DNA of 62,584 nucleotides, counting the filler. It is 5 parts of 5 records of this genome, joined end to end, with 100 filler letters (N's around TTAATTAATTAA, not from the genome) between each part and the next. Parts side by side here need not be neighbours in the genome. Positions count along the whole stretch, not along the records: positions 26,757 to 47,678 come from SRR22947725_5090; 4 more parts are not named here. One strand, 5' to 3'. The position numbers and the translations under genes are program-made. Under the pieces are notes generated by a model, which saw only the letters and a list, made by a program, of their open reading frames with translations, was not told the DNA's origin and did no database searches. The first letter of the stretch is position 1. Each line of letters begins with the position of its first letter. Below, in pieces: positions 30,308-41,067 of the stretch.

Positions 30308-32978
30308 ATGGGCAGTTGCGTCTCGCTCGTGGCGTTTCTAGTTCTTGTGGTGGGCGGGTTATGCCGAGTGGTAGTGGCTTTGGACATAGGATTGGGGACG
30401 ACGGCGGTTCACAGGGTGTTCACGTCGGACCCCAGCCTCTGCACTGTTCCCCTTCCCCCCCCGGCATCGGACGTGGTCCGGTGCGCTCCCAATACCACGG
30501 CCACCCTGGAGGACGCCAAGGCCCTGGCCTGGAAGTTTGCGCCGGTGCTTAAATTCCACCCGCTGGAGCGGTATCACCTCCAATCGATGAACACGTGGTT
30601 TGACGAGGCGAGCGTGTACCTCACCGACTACAGGCAGTTTCCGAACTCGACGTACAACTTCATCGTGGCCAACCAGACGAATCGGGATCTGCTTGGTCCA
30701 AGAACGTTCGCCACGCTCCTCAACGGGACGAGTAGTACGGATGCCGAGCGCGAGCAGGTGCTGTTTGGGGCGCCGTTTGTGGACGGGAAGAGCACCGCCG
30801 ACATGTTTTACACCGTGACGGACTACAGCGATTCGCTGTGGATGTACAACTTCAACCTCTATTACAGCTGGAACGGATGCTCCAATCAGAACGTGGCTCT
30901 GAGCTTCAACGGTACGACCGATGTGCAGGGCTACCTCATGTGCCCGGCCGGGGTGCACGAGGCCGACCTGGAGCGGATGTCGATGCTCGTGTGCAAGAGC
31001 GATCAGAAAATCAAGCAGATTGCGTACTCGCAGCATGCGTGGAATGAAGTGCGCGATTGTCAGGTGGAGGGCCAGTGTTTGTTCGACGAGGAGACGGGCA
31101 ACCCGATCTCGTATGTGGCGCTCGAGGGGCATGGCAACTATCCTGAGAGCCCTGGTAATGGGTTTCACGTGTACACGTACTTCGGATCGTCACTGGAGGG
31201 ATTCCCGGTACGTATTGGATTAGAAAACGTGGCCCTGTACCGCCATCTCACTCCATCCCTGACCCCGTCTCTCACTCCTGCAATCAGCTGGACAACGTTG
31301 GCGGGGTGTACATCGGCGATCGCACGGGCGACGATCCTGAGCGCACGTTCATCCCAACCCCGGAGAACGTCAAGTATATTCCTCCTCTGTGGGAGATACA
31401 GAACCCGAACAGCGGTATCAACCAGTCTGAGTGGCGCTGGGCCGAGTTTCCGGGCAACTGGGGGGCGCCGCTGGTCCAGGCACCCCTGAAGCTCTGGTGC
31501 TTGGACATCTCCTTGAACCGGTACGTGGAGTGCGATCGGAACTCGACGACGATCAACGCCGTGTATACCATCGTCAGTACGCTGGAAATCAGTGATGTCA
31601 TCCAGGACCAGGAGGAAGTGGGGAGCTTTGCCATCCAGAGTGTCGGCAACCTGACGCGGGTGCCCTACCCCGACATCACGGGGCCCTTGTTCCGGGGATT
31701 CTCGTACGAGTACGTCGCTGGGCAGCCGGCCCCCATCCTTACGCAGGAACTCTACAATATGACGTGCCCGGGGGATGTGGAGGATCTGAAGTCGATCCCA
31801 ACGCCTGGGCAACTGGACGCGAGCAGCGATACAATCATTTCGTACTTGATCGGCATCGTCGTCGGGACGATTATTTTCTCCATCATTCTGATCATTTTGC
31901 TTGCCCTTCCCGTGATCCTGGACAAAACGGGCAACGTTCAAAAGTACGTGGCCACCAAGTACAAAAAGTACAAGGGCAAGGTGACCAAGCCGGCCCCAGA
32001 GGGCCAGGCCACTGACGACGCTGAGGTCGAGATGGACATGGAATCGGCAGATGAGACCGAGGATAGCGATCTGCGGATAGATTCCCAGAGCTCGAGCAAG
32101 TCTGAGTACATCGTCTCGGTGGAGACCGTGCTCTCTCCGGGACAGCGCACACGGCTCATCGTGTGGGGCGCGTTTGCCTCGGCCCTGTTCATCGCCGGCA
32201 TCACCCTCACCTTCATAGGGATCGAATCCATGTTCTCCAACTCAATATTGACGGTGGCAAGGGATCGACTGGGCGCAGAATCCCTGGTCAACACGCTCAA
32301 CTGGCTGGTCGCAGGACTTTGCATCCTCATCATCGTCACCGACATCCTGATGTTCCTTGTCATCTTCATGTTCCAGGGACGACGCATCTCCGTGGGGAAT
32401 GACCGCACCATATGGAACCCTCTCGGTGGAAGGGCATGGTTGATGAACAAGGCGCTGACAATCCTCTCAATCATCGTCGGGATGATCGCCATGATTGTCG
32501 CCATCTGTGCTGTGCTCTTTGCCCTCGCGCTGGTTGTCACCCTCGCCCAGCTCGTCGCACGCGTCGGTTGCAACGAGATATTCAGTATTCAGGCGTTTGG
32601 GCAAAGCGCGCAATCCATCTGCCTGACCATCCCTGAGCTCGGTATCAATGACGTCTGCGGCTGGGAGGCGCTCCAGGTACGCACTGCCGCCAGCTCCCTC
32701 GCACGACCAAGCTCCTCTGCCTTCATGCCGACTCACAAACGTGCACTCCCGTTTATCATGCGTAGACATGCGGAGAGGTGACTGATATGACCGTCCGCAA
32801 CCTGCTGATTGGCTCTATGATGCTGCTCTGGTGCCACATCGTTTGGATGGTCATCATGCTGGCGGTGCTCGAGACATACCGCACGCATGAGCTCAAACTC
32901 AGGCGGCAAGCATCGGAACTGGGTCTTAAAAAACCAAAAGTGGGTTTGACCGACCGGAGTATCGTACTCGACCCATAG
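30308..32978 (+). CDS. Vps62-like (DUF946-related) membrane protein with signal peptide and multi-TM C-terminus; exons 30308-31207, 31288-32676, 32766-32978 (833 aa)
   Basis: FAPVLKFHPLERY, HEADLE, YSQH, YVALEGHGNYP, WAEFPGNWG; two phase-0 GT-AG introns join three track ORFs. Confidence 0.72.
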
Positions 32979-33332
32979 ACGGGCGCGGGAGAAAGTGCCT
33001 GCCACGTCACAGCCCGGAGGAGCGATCGCCGAGCTCCCAACGAAGCGACGATGACTGCCGGCCCGCTCGAGTGGTCCCATGATGCCACCCCGATGTCTTG
33101 TGGCGTGGATGGGCACCATGCCGGCGATGGCGAAGACGCACCGTGCGCAGAGGTCCAGTGATTCAAGCTGGCGCGACCCTGTTTCCGCAGAAGGGGCTGG
33201 TGTCGACGGGTTTCCCCCCCCTCCTCCATTCTGAATTGTATTTCCGTAAGTCCGAGGCGCGTACGTCGTATTGATCGGTAGTATCAGAACGGCAGAGGCT
33301 CAGAGAGCCGCCTTTTCACCCCACGAACAGGA

Positions 33333-35447
33333 ATGAGCGCGGTGGATGACGAGTACGCAAAATTGAAGGTGGCGGAGCTGAAGGATCGCTTGAAGGCGCG
33401 AGGCCTTTCCGTCACCGGCAAAAAGGCTGAGCTGGTGGCCCGGTTGCAGGCAGCAGATGCCCCGCAAGCGCCGGGGGAGCCGAAACAGGAGGACCTCCAG
33501 ATGGAGAATGACGACGAGTTTGCCGAGCTGTTCGGTGGTGCACCCGCGGAACCGGCCGCGCTGGAGACCAAAACCGTCGAGAATCCAATCGTGTCGGGCA
33601 TCGACGTAAAGGGGGGCGACGATGACCTGTTCATGGCGCTGTACGGCGAGGACGCTCCGGTGGAGCAGCACACGGAAGAGACGGCCAAGGTGGTGCTTGA
33701 GGCGCCGGCGCTGGACGAGGAGGTAACACGGGCACTGGAGGCGGGAGGTGCTGGAGGGGACCGGCTGGCTGAAGCCGAGGGGGATGGCGGCGGTGACGAA
33801 GAGAACGAGGAGGAGGACTCGGGCTCGGACGAAGAGTCGTCCGACGACGACCTGATGATCAATCTCGACGCCAATGCGACAGACTATGAGCCCTCGCAGG
33901 TGAAGTTCCAGAAGTCGGCGGCATTTTCCGGGCAGTCGGCAGGTCACATTCCAGGGCTCGGGGACGCGGCGGCGCGCACGGCCATTGGTGGGATTCCACG
34001 GAGTGCGATCCCGGGAATGACATTCCAGTCCTCTGCGCCGCCACCGGCGAGGGACCCCCGACAAGCGGCGACAGGACCTGGTGATCCACGGTCTGCGCCT
34101 CCGGATCCAAGGATGGGGCCGGTGGATCCTCGGGCGCCGGCGGATCCGAGGGATCCCCGGGCTGGGGCACAGGGCGGGCACGCCCCAAAGCAGTTTAGCA
34201 TGGCAGATGCGGTGTTTCCGAGCGAGTGGCAACCCGGGCTGCCTTGCAAGCTCCCCGGTCAGACTCGTGTCAGTCCCGAGGAGTACAAGGAGTTTCTTAC
34301 GCTGGGGCACGGGGAGATTTTCAGCATCGATCTGGACTCGGTCGTTGACCCACCGTGGATGCTGCCGGGGACGGACCCCAGCGACTTTTTCAACTATGGA
34401 ATGAGCATGAACGACTGGAAAGCGTACCAAGACCGCGTGAAGCAATACAGACTGGAGTTTACGATGCGGGGACAGATCCAGACGTTTGATCAGTCGGATG
34501 GGCTGAACAACATCATCTTCGCCCGGCAGCAGAATGCCGAGGGTAAGGATCAGTCACTTCAGGCGTCTATGCTGGATGCAAACGCGGCAACGTATGAGGC
34601 ATTTGTCACCAGCGAGCGCCCCGAGCGAACAATGTGGCAGCGCCACGGCTCCCCCTGGGAGCATACCATCGTGCTCACCGGGTTTGAGTTGGACTTTGGA
34701 GATGACGATCAGCGCCGAGGCCGATTCAACAACCACGCTGGCGGCCCTCGGCCGCCGTTCGATGGACCTCGGGGATCAGGGTTCGGCGGGCCGCCGTTTA
34801 GAGGTGGTTACCGTGGGCGTGGCAGGGGTCGGGGTCGCGGGCGGGATGGATATGACAATTACGATGGCTATAACGGGTATCAAGAAACGAATGGTCCCAA
34901 ATTGGGGCTTGGTATTGGAATGAGTGAGGATGATCATAGAGGGTACCGTGGTGGACGGGGCGAAAGGGGGCGCGGTGGACGAGGTAGGGGTGGGCGCTTT
35001 GATGGTCGCCGATTCGATGACGGTGGCAGGTACGATGGAGGGAGGTACGACGGCGGGAGGTACGATGGCGGGCGATCCGAGGGTGGCAGACTGGATAATG
35101 GCAACGCCCCTGTTGGTGGATATGACTCTAAGCGGGAGGAAACGTTTGTTAATCGTCCACGCGATGATATTGGCGACCGTGAACGCACAGAACGCCGCCG
35201 GCGCAGTCGGTCGCGGTCGCCGCTGCGCCGAGGCCATCGGGATGGCCGTTACGAAAGGGACCGTCGGGAAGACCGGCGTGATCGTCGGGATGACAGGGAT
35301 ATGGGTGCGGATCAAGGTGCTCGGAGTCGGGAGTGGGACCGGAGGAGGCTTGACGACCGAGGTGACCGAGGCCATCGAGACCGTGACCGCGACCGCCGCA
35401 GACCAAGGTCCCGGTCTAGGTCTCCACGGGATCGCCGGAGGCGCTAG
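33333..35447 (+). CDS. FIP1: Pre-mRNA polyadenylation factor FIP1 with N-terminal SAP domain
   Basis: SAP: LKVAELKDRLKARGLSVTGKKAELVARL; Fip1 motif PWMLPGTDPSDFFNYG...WKAY; RGG and RD/RS-rich tail. Confidence 0.88.
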   Translation: MSAVDDEYAKLKVAELKDRLKARGLSVTGKKAELVARLQAADAPQAPGEPKQEDLQMENDDEFAELFGGAPAEPAALETKTVENPIVSGIDVKGGDDDLFMALYGEDAPVEQHTEETAKVVLEAPALDEEVTRALEAGGAGGDRLAEAEGDGGGDEENEEEDSGSDEESSDDDLMINLDANATDYEPSQVKFQKSAAFSGQSAGHIPGLGDAAARTAIGGIPRSAIPGMTFQSSAPPPARDPRQAATGPGDPRSAPPDPRMGPVDPRAPADPRDPRAGAQGGHAPKQFSMADAVFPSEWQPGLPCKLPGQTRVSPEEYKEFLTLGHGEIFSIDLDSVVDPPWMLPGTDPSDFFNYGMSMNDWKAYQDRVKQYRLEFTMRGQIQTFDQSDGLNNIIFARQQNAEGKDQSLQASMLDANAATYEAFVTSERPERTMWQRHGSPWEHTIVLTGFELDFGDDDQRRGRFNNHAGGPRPPFDGPRGSGFGGPPFRGGYRGRGRGRGRGRDGYDNYDGYNGYQETNGPKLGLGIGMSEDDHRGYRGGRGERGRGGRGRGGRFDGRRFDDGGRYDGGRYDGGRYDGGRSEGGRLDNGNAPVGGYDSKREETFVNRPRDDIGDRERTERRRRSRSRSPLRRGHRDGRYERDRREDRRDRRDDRDMGADQGARSREWDRRRLDDRGDRGHRDRDRDRRRPRSRSRSPRDRRRR

Positions 35448-35493
35448 AGGTCTCCAATGCTCTGATTTTGTAGCCCGCCTTCAATATCACAAT

Positions 35494-36399
35494 TTATTCC
35501 TTCCGAGAAACGGCATCGCAAATGGTCTGAACAAACATCTCGAGCCCCGGCTGTTCTGGGAACATCACATTTTTGAGCCCAAGCTTCTCTGCTGCTCGCG
35601 CGGATGTAGACCCTATGCACGCAATCGTCATCTGCTCCGCGCGGGCCTGCCCAACATGTGCCACCCAGGCTTTCAGCGCCGACGGGGACGCGATTGCCAC
35701 CACACGCGCGTTTTTGGCTTGATCCAGTCTATCCGAGTCGATATTCTGGACGGTAACCGTGTTGTATGTGTTCAGTCGCGTGACGCGGAACCCCCGTCGC
35801 TCAAGGCGCTCCTGCAGGACGGGGCTTGCTTTGGCCGACGACGGGTACAACACGGCGTTACTTCCCCCCTCTATGAACGGCAGCTCGGGTCCCATATGCT
35901 CCGCATTTGCAACGGAAGGCGTGAACTGCGGCAGAAGCCTCGGCTCGTTCATCGCCTCCAAGACCTTCCCGGTGCCGCTGCCCACGACACTTATTCGCAC
36001 CTCTGGCATGCCCGCCGCACGCCACCCCTGAACAAAGACGTTCGCAGCCTCTGGCGACGTGATGGCCACCCAGTCGAATACCGTGCTCCTCAGTGCCACC
36101 GGTAGCTGGTCGATATCCGGCCCGGGTGCCGTCTCGACCATGGGCAGCTCCAACGACTCAATCCCCCGCTTTTCGAGCATATCCTTCACCTTGTCGTTTT
36201 TGCCCTTTTCCCGTGTCAAAACCACCACATTGGATGCTGAATATCCCATGCATTCCGCATGCATGGAGCCTGGAGTCCAGGTGTGCTGTCTGAACGATTT
36301 CGAGTGACATTTCGTAGTAACGAGAGGGGAGAAATACGCCTGCCCAAGCGCCCGGCTAGCCTGAGCGGGGCCCATAGGACCATACGTCCCCATCGGCAC
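35494..36399 (-). CDS. hemD: Uroporphyrinogen-III synthase (plastid)
   Basis: VVLTREKGKN, WVAITSPEAA, VVGSGT, VTRLNTYNT, IASPSA, ACIGSTSA. Confidence 0.9.
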   Translation of the reverse strand: MPMGTYGPMGPAQASRALGQAYFSPLVTTKCHSKSFRQHTWTPGSMHAECMGYSASNVVVLTREKGKNDKVKDMLEKRGIESLELPMVETAPGPDIDQLPVALRSTVFDWVAITSPEAANVFVQGWRAAGMPEVRISVVGSGTGKVLEAMNEPRLLPQFTPSVANAEHMGPELPFIEGGSNAVLYPSSAKASPVLQERLERRGFRVTRLNTYNTVTVQNIDSDRLDQAKNARVVAIASPSALKAWVAHVGQARAEQMTIACIGSTSARAAEKLGLKNVMFPEQPGLEMFVQTICDAVSRKE

Positions 36400-36488
36400 G
36401 CGCCCTTATTTTACTACCGATTTAGATAGCGGAAGAGAGAGAAGAGAGAAGAAATACCCACACCGGATCGGATATCCTCGGTATGCCT

Positions 36489-38033
36489 TCAGGGGGGATC
36501 TTGATCATGGGGTTGATCGATCGATTGAGCAACCAATCCGCTACGACCCGCACGACTTGCTCTCCCAGCCTCACGCTTGGCCGCCCGCCTGACACGCTTT
36601 GCTTGTAGCTTCTTCTTGATGACCGCCCTCTGGTCGTTTGCGGCGACCGCCTTTGCACACCACCTCTTTTTGTCTGCAAACGACACGACCGGGACGAATT
36701 CTCCCAATGAAATGTCCCGTCGGATCTCGATGTAGAGGTCGAGGAGGGTTTCCCATTGGCCGCTGTCTTTGGTGGCCTTGAAGTTGCTGGCCTTGGCGTG
36801 CGGTGCGTGCACAACAAATCCTTCATCGTGCCCGAGCAGGCCCACGCCAAGCTGCTCGGCAAGGAGATTGACCTGGACGATTTTATTTCGGCTGTAGCCA
36901 CGCATGCGCTCGTCAAACCATGGCACAAACTCCCGCTTCATCAGCAGATACGGCTCGTAACCCTTTCGGTACCGTATCCTGTAGGGTGCACTGGCATTGA
37001 CCCACGCCTCAAAGTTGTCAGGGCCGTGGCCTGGAGAGTATTGATCCACCTGGAACCCGACGACGTCATGACTGACAAAGGCATCTACCACTGACGATTT
37101 GCCGTCGACGGCGATGCGCTTTGCCAGCAGGACGCCCTCGGTGCCACTGTTTGTCGTCTCAAATGCTGGGAGGACGTACGCCAGCTTTTTGTCAAGGACG
37201 TCCATCAGCTCTTGGTATTTGGCGCCAGAGTACATTGTGCTGAGGGATCTGCTCGGGAGGAAGTCTACGTCAAGCAGGAGCACGGCGTCGCCCTTGGCCA
37301 TCATGAGGGCCCGGTTGCGCAGCGAGTTGGTGGGGTACAGTGACCAGGCCGGGTCGTCCCAGGTTTCAAAGTCCTCAACAACCAGCTCCATGTTGAGTCG
37401 ACATTGGCTGGTCTTATCGCTCTCCAGCTCCCGGTAAAAGTTGTCCACGAGGTGCGCAACGCTCGAGAGCGATGTGCCATTGAGCGGCGGGACATCGTCG
37501 CTGATGACGCCGAAGTCCTTCATGTGAGGGACATAGACGACGGCATTGATCTCTTTAGTCCATACTCTGCACTGTAAGCGGAGCATGGATAATCGCTCGA
37601 CAGAGAGTTGGGTCAGGACGGCAATGTCATCGGCGGCCCGTTGACCCTGCGCTCTCCAGCTGTACACCTTTTTCAGCTCCGGGAGCCGGGCACCATCGTC
37701 TTCCTGGCACCGTTTAAATATCGCGGCATCCTTTCGGCTGCTCACGGGGGCGGGCGTCGACCTGGACGCGACGGGTGAGGGTGGCAGGTAGGGCACCGTG
37801 TCGTGACTGGTCAGGAACTGGCACGTCCGGAAGATCAGTCCTCCGAAGACGAGAATGGGTATCACCACAAGCAAGATGCTCAGTGACTTTCTAGACGCGC
37901 GGCGCCATCGCGGGGTGTCGGGCACCCTCGGACTGTTTGCCGGGGACGGCCCGTTCGAGTGGGTCGCGATGACCCGCAGCAAGGGTTCCCGCAGCGGCTG
38001 CGACGATGGGAGCGAATCATGTGGGTAAAACAT
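36489..38033 (-). CDS. LARGE-like/GT49 type II membrane glycosyltransferase
   Basis: Single TM; TQLSVERL, YPTNSLRNRA, LLDVDF (DxD), VLPAFE, YEPY, FDERMRGYSRNK. Confidence 0.85.
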   Translation of the reverse strand: MFYPHDSLPSSQPLREPLLRVIATHSNGPSPANSPRVPDTPRWRRASRKSLSILLVVIPILVFGGLIFRTCQFLTSHDTVPYLPPSPVASRSTPAPVSSRKDAAIFKRCQEDDGARLPELKKVYSWRAQGQRAADDIAVLTQLSVERLSMLRLQCRVWTKEINAVVYVPHMKDFGVISDDVPPLNGTSLSSVAHLVDNFYRELESDKTSQCRLNMELVVEDFETWDDPAWSLYPTNSLRNRALMMAKGDAVLLLDVDFLPSRSLSTMYSGAKYQELMDVLDKKLAYVLPAFETTNSGTEGVLLAKRIAVDGKSSVVDAFVSHDVVGFQVDQYSPGHGPDNFEAWVNASAPYRIRYRKGYEPYLLMKREFVPWFDERMRGYSRNKIVQVNLLAEQLGVGLLGHDEGFVVHAPHAKASNFKATKDSGQWETLLDLYIEIRRDISLGEFVPVVSFADKKRWCAKAVAANDQRAVIKKKLQAKRVRRAAKREAGRASRAGRSGLVAQSIDQPHDQDPP

Positions 38034-38232
38034 GCATCACATGCGATGTCCCTTGCGCGTCACACAACGTACGAATCGCGGCGTGGAGGCGTTTGACATG
38101 GTGGGTGCGGATTCGTTAAGATTAGATCTTTGCCTGTTTCCGGTCTATTCGAATGCCTGCCTGCGGGTACATGGATATCAATAACGAATTGATACTGACA
38201 TGCGTCGAATGCTGATGATTTTTTGCAGTTTT

Positions 38233-40773
38233 CTACGTCTGGAGCTTGACGCCCAAGCACTTGAGCTGGGCCGCTTTCGTCGGGGACAGGCGATCCTCGC
38301 GATACTCGAGGACGCACCGTTCGAGCCAGGCGTACAGTTCCGGCCGGTCTTCCATGGACACTTCGGCGTGTCCCAGTTCCTGCGTGTGCGCAAAAAGCTC
38401 GGACAACCGCGTATTCCAGATGGGCTCTGCGGCCATGACGGTCAGGTCGATTCCAAGCGACGACAGCTTGGACTTCCTGGGCCCATCAAGCATGTTCAAA
38501 TAGCACATGGCTCGCTGCTGTGTTATCCAGTCCTGCATCTCGAATGACAATCTCCGGTCTTGCTCGTCTGCAGAGCCGATGTGCGCTTTCAGCGACTTCC
38601 ATTTGGAAAGCCACTGGGCGTCATCAGCATCGACCACCTTGTCCGAGAGCACCCAGGTGAGACCCAGGAACGTAAGGTAGCGCAGCTGGCCTGGAGAAAG
38701 GCGGCCGTCGACAAATAGCGCCCGCTGCGTCTCCACCCACCGGAGCACCCGCAGGCGGGTGTTGCCAGGGGCCTCGGGATCAGCCGCCAGCGAGGAGTCG
38801 CCGGCGACCGCGCGGTGGCCATCGACTACTCCTTCGTCCTCGTATGAATTATTGACCGCGAACGGAAGGTCGATCGTCGCGCCATGGAGGCGCTCGGCAG
38901 CCAGGTGGGCCATGCGCCTCCAGTCATCAGCAGGGTAAATGTCCACGTCGATCCCTGCCAGTTGAAGCATCTTGACGCGCTCAGGGTCCAGCTTTGACTT
39001 ACGCCACAACCATCGCTGTCTCGATAACCAGAAGCGGAGCCCGGGATCTTCCGAGAAGGGCGACCTCGACGCTGCCTCGCGCCGCGAAGACACCGTGTTC
39101 ACCACCTGCTTTCTCGCGACGCTCGCCCTCGAATCTTGAGTGCTGCTGGCGCTGGACCCACCTGATCTTCCCATAGCATGCATAGCAGCGTCCCTGCCGC
39201 CCACAGACCCCGCCCTCTTGGAAGAAAACGGGTTGCCACGGCCGGTCGGTGGACCGCGCATCGCTAGCCGACGCCGTTCGATCACGTACACGAGTCTTCC
39301 GAGCCACTGCATCCATCTATCCTCCTCTACAGATGTTCCTGCATCCATCCAGCCACCATGCACGGCCTCGAATCGTTGCACGGCCTCAGCGGGGAGCAAC
39401 TGTCGCTGGTAAAACTCTCGCTGCAGCGAGATCCACAGAGCAAGCTCCCTGGCCGTGATGCCGCCTTTCTTCCCCCAGTTTATCAGGTCCCAAGAAAAAG
39501 TTTCCCCAGACTCACCATGCCAGAGCACCCAATCGACGAGCATGTCAAAACGCGTCTCCCATTCCTCTGTGACCTGGGCCAGGTCACCAAACTCAAATCC
39601 CATCCGTTCCAAGATGGTCAGCCGCTCTTGGGACAGCTGCCCAGCCGCTCGGGTCACACGTTGCCGCTTGACCCACATTCCGAGCTCCTGGTTATCTGCA
39701 TACACCTCCGGCACGTTGCAGTGCCCATTCTTCAGCAAGAATGCCGCAAGTTCAACTGCCCGCCGGTCCCAGCGATCATTGTTGCTCGGCTTGCACAGCA
39801 TCAGTTCTGGCGTCCGCATGAACACCGCAGCCACCCCGTTCTTCCCCAGCGGCACATCGCACTTCTCCACGAGGTACTTGGTCACGATCTTCACATTTCG
39901 CGTCAGCCTCGACTGCCGCCGGCGATCAATCAGCGGCCTCCCCCCGGGAGTCATCCGCCACGCCACCGCCGAATTCACCAGACGCTCAACGTCCTGCTCG
40001 GGAACTCCTATGTCGATCAAATACGCGTTCAGCACAGTCTCCGCCGATCCGCCCCGCGAAGACGCCTCCTGCTCACTCTCCTCCTCCCCGCCATTGACTC
40101 GCCCCAGGCGATCCTCCAGATCTTCGTCTAGGACGGCCATCTCCCCCGTCTTTTTTCGCCTGGCACTTGCGGCCGCCTTGACCGGCCGGCGCTCTACCGT
40201 CAGCTGCGGGATAATCTCCTCCCCCCAGCCGTATCCGCGCCGCGTTAGCTTGAAGATCAGCTCAGTCGGAACCTCGTCCCGCTGCCCCGGATCGTCTTGC
40301 TTCTTCGCATTCGAAGTCTGTGCGTCGAAAAGCTCCTTCACAAACGTCGAGAACGACTTTCTTTCCCTCCTCGGAGCCTGCCCCGCCGGCATGCCCTCCT
40401 CCACCACCGATTCATCAATGTCCCTGACCTTCCGCGGCCTCCCTCGCCGCCTGGGCTTTTCGACCGGCACCTCGCTCGTCGACAGTGGCTCTGACGCTGG
40501 CACCCCGACAGAGGAGCCCTCCGTCTCCATCTCCATCTCCATCTCCGTCTCCGTCTCCTCCTCCTTCGACACCACCTGCAGCTCGACTTTATTCGGCTGA
40601 ATCGCCCGAGCCCCCCTGGCACAACTGTCCACCCCCGAGGTGCCCCGCCGTGGCCCAACAGGGGGCCGCTGCCGTGCACCAGGACGCCCGTGGGTCTGCC
40701 GACAGCCCTGAGACCTCCCCCCGACACCACCAATTCGCCCCATACCCACCCGCATATCTACACAGGCCATCAT
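38233..40773 (-). CDS. Helicase-associated (HA) repeat protein with AT-hook-like motif and no helicase core
   Basis: Repeated W...L..F...GH..VP...LG.WV..QR...L..ER...L..LG units; RRRGRPRK. Confidence 0.72.
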   Translation of the reverse strand: MMACVDMRVGMGRIGGVGGRSQGCRQTHGRPGARQRPPVGPRRGTSGVDSCARGARAIQPNKVELQVVSKEEETETEMEMEMETEGSSVGVPASEPLSTSEVPVEKPRRRGRPRKVRDIDESVVEEGMPAGQAPRRERKSFSTFVKELFDAQTSNAKKQDDPGQRDEVPTELIFKLTRRGYGWGEEIIPQLTVERRPVKAAASARRKKTGEMAVLDEDLEDRLGRVNGGEEESEQEASSRGGSAETVLNAYLIDIGVPEQDVERLVNSAVAWRMTPGGRPLIDRRRQSRLTRNVKIVTKYLVEKCDVPLGKNGVAAVFMRTPELMLCKPSNNDRWDRRAVELAAFLLKNGHCNVPEVYADNQELGMWVKRQRVTRAAGQLSQERLTILERMGFEFGDLAQVTEEWETRFDMLVDWVLWHGESGETFSWDLINWGKKGGITARELALWISLQREFYQRQLLPAEAVQRFEAVHGGWMDAGTSVEEDRWMQWLGRLVYVIERRRLAMRGPPTGRGNPFSSKRAGSVGGRDAAMHAMGRSGGSSASSTQDSRASVARKQVVNTVSSRREAASRSPFSEDPGLRFWLSRQRWLWRKSKLDPERVKMLQLAGIDVDIYPADDWRRMAHLAAERLHGATIDLPFAVNNSYEDEGVVDGHRAVAGDSSLAADPEAPGNTRLRVLRWVETQRALFVDGRLSPGQLRYLTFLGLTWVLSDKVVDADDAQWLSKWKSLKAHIGSADEQDRRLSFEMQDWITQQRAMCYLNMLDGPRKSKLSSLGIDLTVMAAEPIWNTRLSELFAHTQELGHAEVSMEDRPELYAWLERCVLEYREDRLSPTKAAQLKCLGVKLQT

Positions 40774-41067
40774 ATATTCGTTTCAGATGTCGTCATCGTC
40801 ACACAGGGCCGTACCCTGCCCGGATTCGTTCGTTCCAATGCGAATGATAGGATAACTCGTATCGAGGCCAACACGAGCGCGCCGAGTGGTGAGGCGACAC
40901 AGGCGTACACAGGTGGTCGTATGTAACGATAGAGGTGGACGAGCGCCTTTCGTTTCTTCTCTCTGTCCCGAATGCCGACGATCACGTCCACTGCAAGGTG
41001 GAGGAGGACATTTGCTTCCCATTCATTCATTCATTCATTCACTCGTCTGGTCTCGTTGCGACACGGC

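Noticed and set aside
35010-35095. 15-nt tandem repeats encoding GGRYD
   Set aside because: Ordinary low-complexity RGG-type region of FIP1
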